From Candidatus Fermentibacteraceae bacterium (GTDB taxonomy: Bacteria; Fermentibacterota; Fermentibacteria; Fermentibacterales; JCC-6): DNA of 64,000 nucleotides. Below are positions 58,363-64,000 of this stretch, piece by piece. Location: the NCBI GenBank assembly GCA_041750285.1, contig JBGSZS010000011.1:1-64000 (forward strand), read 5' to 3'. Every line of letters begins with the position of its first letter. Position 1 is the stretch's first letter. The notes beneath the pieces are model-generated. The model had not been told where the DNA came from and did no database searches. It worked only from the letters and a program-made list of their open reading frames with translations. Both the position numbers and the translations under genes were made by a program.

Positions 58363-59175
58363 ATGAGTGCCGGTGGCCGGAAACTGGTTGTAAGGACCTG
58401 TGAACTCCCCATAAGGGGGAGTTGGGATGACTGCATGGAAAGGGCTGTCAAAGCCTGTTCCATTGCACCCCTCCCCGATGTTTCATTGCTTCCCGAGCTG
58501 TTCACAATCGGTTTTGTGATGGACAGGATCGAAGGGGCAGCGCTGGCCCCCTCCGACCTTTCCGGCCTACCCCTCGCACTTGCCGCACGGGAGTGCGGAA
58601 CATGGGTCCTCGGAGGGTCATTCCCCGTTCGAACCACCAGGGGCATCGTGAACACAATGCCCGTCTTCTCGCCTTCAGGCTCGCTCGTCCATATCGTCGA
58701 GAAGATTCACCTCTTCAGGAACATGCATGAGGATGCAGCGTTCACGGGGGGGCTTCCAACTGGTGTGTTTGATCTCCAAGGCATTGAGGCGGGGGCTGCG
58801 GTATGCTACGATCTCCGCTTTCCCGAGGTTTTTCGTGACCTTGCCCTCGGGGGTGCGCGCATCATCTTCGTGGCAGCCCAGTGGCCCCTCCAGCGCCGCA
58901 GGGTTTTCCGATGCCTGCTTCAGGCAAGGGCCTCCGAAGCACAGGTGTTCACCGTGGGATGCAACCTCGGGGGCGACCATCTGGGTTCGAAGTTCAGGGG
59001 CGGGGGAGGGGTATGCGCACCTTCGGGAGATTTCCTGAAGGGCGGAAGGGTGGCTCCGGGTGTGACCGACTACGAACTGGACATGGGGCTCGTCGAGCTT
59101 GAAAGAAAAAGGATCGACTGTCTTTCCGACAGAAGGCCCGAAGTCTACGGAACGATCACGGAGGCGGTGAAATGA
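58363..59175 (+). CDS. Nitrilase-family carbon-nitrogen hydrolase
   Basis: Triad LLPELF, KIHLF and CYDLRFPE, ending DRRPEVY. Start 58363 or 58330. Confidence 0.9.
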   Translation: MSAGGRKLVVRTCELPIRGSWDDCMERAVKACSIAPLPDVSLLPELFTIGFVMDRIEGAALAPSDLSGLPLALAARECGTWVLGGSFPVRTTRGIVNTMPVFSPSGSLVHIVEKIHLFRNMHEDAAFTGGLPTGVFDLQGIEAGAAVCYDLRFPEVFRDLALGGARIIFVAAQWPLQRRRVFRCLLQARASEAQVFTVGCNLGGDHLGSKFRGGGGVCAPSGDFLKGGRVAPGVTDYELDMGLVELERKRIDCLSDRRPEVYGTITEAVK

Positions 59176-60365
59176 ACCAGGGGCTCGGAAAGACGATTGC
59201 GGTCTCCCTCTCCATAATGGCCCTTCTGGCTCTGGGAGTCGTTCTCAAGGTAATGGCGGGCGTCTTCACCCAGATCACCATCGCGCTGTTCGCGATGTTC
59301 CTTGTCGAACCGGCCGTGGGCCGGGCGACCTTCGTGATCGACCGTCTCCTTCAGAAGCTTTCCCCGGCACGAAGGAGAAGGAGACCTTCGGACAGGAAGA
59401 AGAGCCATCTCGCAGAGTTCATGGGTTCGCTGATCGTAATCCTCCTGGCCCTTGCACTGGTGGCCTTCGCGATCCTCATACTCTACGCCGCCGGCAACAT
59501 GCTGCTTGACCGCAAGGCCGATCTCGTGACCAATGTCGTCGAACCCGTCGTGGCATTCATCAACGGTGTTCAGAACAACTGGCTGCCCGAGATGTACAGG
59601 TCGATGGGCGTGGAGGAGGCCGCTCAGCCCGTTCCTGTCGGCATCCTTCCCGTCAAATCGTCTCCGGCCGACTCACTGGACACTTCACCGATGGCCGTCT
59701 TCGATGATGCGATAGGAAGTTTCTCCATTGCCTCGCTGGTTCCCACCGCGGCGAACCTTCTTGGATCGCTTTCCGCCCTGCTCATGAAGGTGGCCATCGT
59801 CACCATGCTCACGGTATTCATGCTCAGCGGCAGAAGGCTGTTCTCCGAAAAGCTCACTGAGCTGAACATAGTGGAGCGGGAGAAGATAGAGAAGGTGCTC
59901 TCCAGGGTCGAGGGCGTTCCAAGAAGGTATCTCGTCGCCAAACTCTTCGCGAGCCTTCTCACGGGGATCCTCGTGGGTTCGGTCCTCCTGCTGTGGCTTG
60001 AACCCGGCGATGCATTCATCTGGGGCTTCATCGCCATGGTCATGGACTTCATTCCCTTCTTCGGCTCCCTGATCTCCGTGACCCTCATCGCGCTCTACAC
60101 CCTTTCCGTCGCGGGATTGCGGGGTCTTTGGGCGGCACCCGTCGTGATCGTCGTTAACAACATCGTCTCGAACGTGATAGAACCCAATTATTTCGGCAGG
60201 GTTCTTCCCATAGGCAAACTGACTGTTCTCATGTGCGTGCTTTTCTGGGGGTATCTCTGGGGACTGACCGGTGTCCTGCTGGCGGTTCCCATCACAATCA
60301 TGCTCAAGGAGTTCATTGAGCAGGTCTTCGGACGCAACGCCTTCACCGTTGCGATGGAGGTATGA
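59172..60365 (+). CDS. AI-2E family transporter
   Basis: Multi-TM protein with FIPFFG, NVIEP and WGYLWGLTGVLLAVP motifs. Confidence 0.88.
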   Translation: MNQGLGKTIAVSLSIMALLALGVVLKVMAGVFTQITIALFAMFLVEPAVGRATFVIDRLLQKLSPARRRRRPSDRKKSHLAEFMGSLIVILLALALVAFAILILYAAGNMLLDRKADLVTNVVEPVVAFINGVQNNWLPEMYRSMGVEEAAQPVPVGILPVKSSPADSLDTSPMAVFDDAIGSFSIASLVPTAANLLGSLSALLMKVAIVTMLTVFMLSGRRLFSEKLTELNIVEREKIEKVLSRVEGVPRRYLVAKLFASLLTGILVGSVLLLWLEPGDAFIWGFIAMVMDFIPFFGSLISVTLIALYTLSVAGLRGLWAAPVVIVVNNIVSNVIEPNYFGRVLPIGKLTVLMCVLFWGYLWGLTGVLLAVPITIMLKEFIEQVFGRNAFTVAMEV

Positions 60366-62677
60366 TGCCGGGCTTGTTGCTTAACTCGATCCTCCTCGTT
60401 CTGTCCGCGAACGGGATAACGTTTACGTGGTCAACGCAGTCGCAGCCCATCGTGACCGGCACCGTCATTGGCCAGCGCGTACACCTTCAGGGTGTGCCAT
60501 CCGTTGCCAGTCCGGGAGCGCCGCTGCTGCCCCTTGCACCGCTGATGGTGGTACTCCCCGCCGGCGCAACGGCCGACAGCGTAACCTTCAACGTCACAGG
60601 ATCATCCGTGTTTCCATCGAGGGTAAGGCCGTCTCCCGCACAGCGGGGTGTACCCATTTCGAGATACTCCGATTTCGAGTTCACTCCCGAGAACCCCGAG
60701 GCGTATTCCCGAAGCACCGATGTGGTGGCCAGACTGGAAGGTCAGGGTACCCTCATGGGGTATCCGGTTGCGGAAATCGTTGTCAGGCCCGTTTCATGGA
60801 ATCCTGAAACCTCTCTTCTTACGGTGACTTGCGCCATGGATGTAACCGTTCACTACCACTTCGGGGGGCAGATCCAGGGCCCGAGGGCAAGGGGAGCCCT
60901 CGGGTCGCTTGTCGCCGCAGATGTGGTCAGGCGTGCCGTCATCAACCCGCAGGATGTGGTTCCGTATCCCGTCACTGAAGACCTCCCGTGGGGAGAGTAT
61001 CTCATCGTAACATCCGGCGCGCTCGAGGCGGCATTTGAACCTCTTGCGGAGTGGAAGACCCTCAAGGGCGTGCCTGCGCGAATAGTGACAATGGACTACA
61101 TTGACGACGCGTATTCGGGGGTCGATGCGGCCCAGCGGCTGAGGTTCTTCCTGTGGGATGTCTTCCAGGGAACACCCCCGACATTCATCCTGCTCGCGGG
61201 CGACACTCCGGGAGTGCCCCACCGGAACTGCTACGCCACTGCCGAGGGCTACGTTGACTACCCTTCGGCCGACATCTACTTCCAGGACATGAACGACACG
61301 GCTCCCGGCGTCGATGCCTGGGACATGAACGGCAACGGTGTCTGGGGCGAGCTGAACGGGGTGGACAACCTCGACTACCACCCTGATTACATCATCGGCA
61401 GGGCATCCGTGGAGAACACATCTGAGGCTGCCCTGTTCATCGGCAAGGTCCTTGCCTACGAGAGCGCGCCCGACACTCCGGCGTGGTACAACTCAATGGG
61501 CTTCACCACTTCCGTTCTCTGGAGCAGTCCATACTGTCCGGGCTGCGCCGGCAAGGAAAAGGTGGACACCCTTTACACTCCCGAGGGATGGTCGATCACC
61601 AAACTCTACGAAGACTGGGGAACGCAGAGTTACGCCGCGACGATGAACATGCTCAACCAGGGCATGCACCTCGTGAACCACGCCGGACACGGCAGCGAAA
61701 CCTACGTGTCCATAGGCTCGGGAGGTCTTTCAAACTCCGACTTCATGGGGCTCGTGAACATCTCCCAGAACGGAAGACCGTCGATCTGGAACACCATTGC
61801 CTGTCTCTCCGGTTCCTTCGACACCGGGACCTGCCTTGCCGAGGCGTGGATCCGCTCACCGGGCGGGGGCGGGTTCTGCATCATGAACACCCGCTACGGC
61901 TGGGGTGAACCCTCCGATCCGGGCAACCAGTGGAGTGAACTGGTCGATCAGGAGTTCTTCGCCAACTTTTTCGTCGAGGACGCCTTCTACCTGGGCGATG
62001 CGGCCATGACCGCAAAGGACGACTTCGTCGCCCTCATCCCATCCGACACGCACTACGACTGGATCGCAAAGAGCAACACCCTTTTCGGCGACCCCGAGCT
62101 GCCCATGTGGCTCCAGGTCCCGCAGACACTGGAGATCGGACCGGTGACACTGAACGAAGGACAGACAGACCTCGAAGTGAGCGTTGAAAGCGGGGGAGCT
62201 CCTCTCGCCGGCGCAAGGGTCTGCCTCATGCAGGGTGAGTGGGATGATCCGGTCACGTACGTCACCGGCACCACCGATGCATCGGGCCAGGCAACGCTTC
62301 TTTTTCCTCTGCTTCCCGCAATACCCGACTCGGCTTCGGTAACTGTCTGGGCCCGGGATCATGTCACCACGTCATTGAGGGTGGCCATCGGCAATCTCGG
62401 AGTGGAGGGACAGGGTTCGTCCGGTGTCCCCTCGCTCCAGATCACATCCCCGGTTCCCGCCATGACGGTAGTGAGCCTCAGGTGGTCATCTCCGACGCCA
62501 TGCGCCATCTCCCTTTACGATCTGGCCGGCAGGATCGTCATGAACCTGGGTTCAGGCCTTCTTGGCGAAGGAGAGGCCTCATTCAGCGCCCGTCACGTTC
62601 CGGCAGGGGTATACTTCATCAGGCTCGATGCCGAAGGCACCGGGACCCTCACGGAGAGACTGGTGGTGATCCGTTGA
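60362..62677 (+). CDS. Peptidase C25 (gingipain-like) with propeptide and T9SS-type C-terminal domain
   Basis: Propeptide GAPLLP, YLIVT, WKTLKG, LLAGD, catalytic NHAGHG and IACLSG, LFGDPE, and CTD LYDLAGR...AGVYFIRL. Confidence 0.88.
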   Translation: MMPGLLLNSILLVLSANGITFTWSTQSQPIVTGTVIGQRVHLQGVPSVASPGAPLLPLAPLMVVLPAGATADSVTFNVTGSSVFPSRVRPSPAQRGVPISRYSDFEFTPENPEAYSRSTDVVARLEGQGTLMGYPVAEIVVRPVSWNPETSLLTVTCAMDVTVHYHFGGQIQGPRARGALGSLVAADVVRRAVINPQDVVPYPVTEDLPWGEYLIVTSGALEAAFEPLAEWKTLKGVPARIVTMDYIDDAYSGVDAAQRLRFFLWDVFQGTPPTFILLAGDTPGVPHRNCYATAEGYVDYPSADIYFQDMNDTAPGVDAWDMNGNGVWGELNGVDNLDYHPDYIIGRASVENTSEAALFIGKVLAYESAPDTPAWYNSMGFTTSVLWSSPYCPGCAGKEKVDTLYTPEGWSITKLYEDWGTQSYAATMNMLNQGMHLVNHAGHGSETYVSIGSGGLSNSDFMGLVNISQNGRPSIWNTIACLSGSFDTGTCLAEAWIRSPGGGGFCIMNTRYGWGEPSDPGNQWSELVDQEFFANFFVEDAFYLGDAAMTAKDDFVALIPSDTHYDWIAKSNTLFGDPELPMWLQVPQTLEIGPVTLNEGQTDLEVSVESGGAPLAGARVCLMQGEWDDPVTYVTGTTDASGQATLLFPLLPAIPDSASVTVWARDHVTTSLRVAIGNLGVEGQGSSGVPSLQITSPVPAMTVVSLRWSSPTPCAISLYDLAGRIVMNLGSGLLGEGEASFSARHVPAGVYFIRLDAEGTGTLTERLVVIR

Positions 62678-62991
62678 CCCTGCGTGTCGTGCCGCTTCTT
62701 CCAATGGCGCTTTTCCTGGGATGCATGAACACGCCCGAAGCCGTTCGCAACCAGTGCAGGGCCAACATGAACACCCTTTCGTCCGATATGGCCATGTTCA
62801 GGGTGACCACCGGCTTCTGGACCGACGACATCGTTTCACTTGACAGCTCCGCGGGACGAAGCGTTCCCCTGGTCTGTCCCGAATGCGGCGAACCCTACGG
62901 GATAACGATTCACGAGCAGGGCTACGTCCTGAGCTGTCCTGGATCCCTCCACGGAAGCATAGACACCGGAACACAGGACTGGAGCCGATAG
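62674..62991 (+). CDS. Small lipoprotein with pilin-like Cys pattern
   Basis: TTG start overlaps the previous stop. Lipobox FLGC and CRANM...CPECGEPY...SCPGSLHG. Confidence 0.55.
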   Translation: MTLRVVPLLPMALFLGCMNTPEAVRNQCRANMNTLSSDMAMFRVTTGFWTDDIVSLDSSAGRSVPLVCPECGEPYGITIHEQGYVLSCPGSLHGSIDTGTQDWSR

Positions 62992-62998
62992 GAGGACC

Positions 62999-63424
62999 AT
63001 GCAGGTACTGAGGAAGGAAAACGGGATAACGCTTCTCAGATTCGACAGGGGCGAGCCCTTTCCACAAACCCTGAAGGAGTACTGCTCGCAGAGCGGTCTC
63101 GAATCGGGTGTGGTGCTCTGCGGCATCGGAATGCTTTCAAACACCACCATCGGCAGGTACGACGGGACCGAGTATTCCACGACGGTTCTCTCTGATTCTC
63201 TGGAAGTCCTCTCCCTTCAGGGGAACATATCCATGAAGGAGGGCGAGCCCTTCGTTCACCTTCATGCATCCCTTGCGGACCATGATTTTACGGCCAGGGG
63301 AGGCCACCTTTTCGATGCCACCGTTTCGATGGTGATCGAACTAGCGATAGCCGAACTTTCTCCGGGACTAGTCAGGCAACCCATGGGCGGAGCCTTCTGG
63401 AGGCTCGAGCCGGCCAAAACTTGA
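62999..63424 (+). CDS. PPC-domain (DUF296) protein
   Basis: GIGML, EVLSLQGNI, HLH and GGHL motifs. RBS AGGAGG. Confidence 0.9.
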   Translation: MQVLRKENGITLLRFDRGEPFPQTLKEYCSQSGLESGVVLCGIGMLSNTTIGRYDGTEYSTTVLSDSLEVLSLQGNISMKEGEPFVHLHASLADHDFTARGGHLFDATVSMVIELAIAELSPGLVRQPMGGAFWRLEPAKT

Positions 63425-63448
63425 CATCATGGGTGCAGGGGTTATGTT
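63421..63448 (+). promoter_or_regulatory. Sigma70-like promoter of tRNA-Ala
   Basis: TTGACA-N16-TATGTT. Confidence 0.55.
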
Positions 63449-63463
63449 TCTGCGGCTTTCTAT

Positions 63464-63540
63464 GGGGCTTTAGCTCAGTTGGCTAGAGCGCTTGACTGGC
63501 AGTCAAGAGGTCAGGGGTTCGACTCCCCTAAGCTCCACCA
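63464..63540 (+). tRNA. tRNA-Ala (GGC)
   Basis: Cloverleaf with G3:U70 pair, anticodon arm CTTGA CT GGC AG TCAAG, TTCGA T-loop and encoded CCA. Confidence 0.97.
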
Positions 63541-63547
63541 GTATTTT

Positions 63548-63569
63548 TGCGGCGGCTTCGGCCGCCGCA
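63548..63569 (+). terminator. Stable hairpin downstream of tRNA-Ala
   Basis: TGCGGCGGC-TTCG-GCCGCCGCA (cUUCGg tetraloop). No downstream U tract. Confidence 0.55.
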
Positions 63570-63705
63570 TCCCCTTAGTTGACGGCTGTCAAGGGGTTGC
63601 ATATTGTGCGGGCATTGTCTATCTTACCCGCTCTTGAAACTTTGAAAGAAGTTATAGTTCTGGCATACAAGCATATCTCTCACTCTGACCGATGCGGGAG
63701 GAAAA

Positions 63706-63981
63706 ATGACCAAGGCTGACATCGTCGCAAGCATCGCCGACAAGACAGGGCTGACCAAAAAGGAAGTAGCCTTCGTGGTCAACAGGTTCTTCGAGGAAGT
63801 CAAGGACGCAATGTTCTCTAAGGAGCACATTGAGATCCGTGGCTTCGGCACGTTCAAGGTCGTGGAAAGAAACGAACGCAAGGCCCGCAACCCGCACAGC
63901 GGCGAAACCGTTCTCGTTCCCAGGCGCTCAGTTCCCGTGTTCAAGCCGTCCCGCTCGGTAAAGGAAAGGGTGGCAAAGTAA
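63706..63981 (+). CDS. HU/IHF-family DNA-binding protein
   Basis: MTKADIV...IRGFGTF...ARNP..GE...VPVFKP. RBS GGGAGG. Confidence 0.95.
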   Translation: MTKADIVASIADKTGLTKKEVAFVVNRFFEEVKDAMFSKEHIEIRGFGTFKVVERNERKARNPHSGETVLVPRRSVPVFKPSRSVKERVAK

Positions 63982-64000
63982 AGTGCCCAATGGAAGAAAG

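Noticed and set aside
58351..58365. Leaderless transcript for the nitrilase gene (TATATT-N6-ATG)
   Set aside because: Plausible, but it rests on one hexamer and an alternative GTG start exists at 58330.
21404..62362. Long antisense ORFs such as 33557..35065, 48426..50024, 50196..51239 and 35595..36635
   Set aside because: These are shadow frames of well-supported genes in GC-rich DNA.

Overview
The window has two parts. (1) Positions 1-15737 are the right-hand part of an integrated mobile element sitting at the 3' end of a tRNA-Asn(GTT) gene. It carries a large serine recombinase whose last codons lie inside the tRNA. It also carries a four-gene leftward operon ending in a GpA-type terminase large subunit, a small protein made of two CxCxCG...SCGC repeats, and a P-loop/wHTH helicase-like protein with a third copy of that repeat. 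Its cargo is pieces of two different type I restriction-modification systems rearranged by two inverted IS256 copies. No capsid, portal or tail gene is visible, so it looks like a phage-satellite-type island, although its left end lies outside the window. (2) Positions 15778-64000 are host chromosome of a diderm bacterium with T9SS-type C-terminal sorting domains (FCB-group-like, which is an inference). This part contains a secreted beta-propeller gene split by an in-frame UGA in a CGGU motif (candidate selenoprotein) and a CHASE2 adenylate cyclase/SH3/M48/glutaminyl cyclase operon. It continues with a ~21 kb der-plsY-surface glycan operon with two B12 radical SAM enzymes, then rimP-nusA-infB-rbfA-truB-ribF-rpsO-pnp-dut, and apbE/amrS/NusG-II. 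The end holds two small Cys-rich genes (one missed by the ORF track), a C25 peptidase, tRNA-Ala(GGC) and HU. All calls come from reading motifs by eye; no database searches were run.
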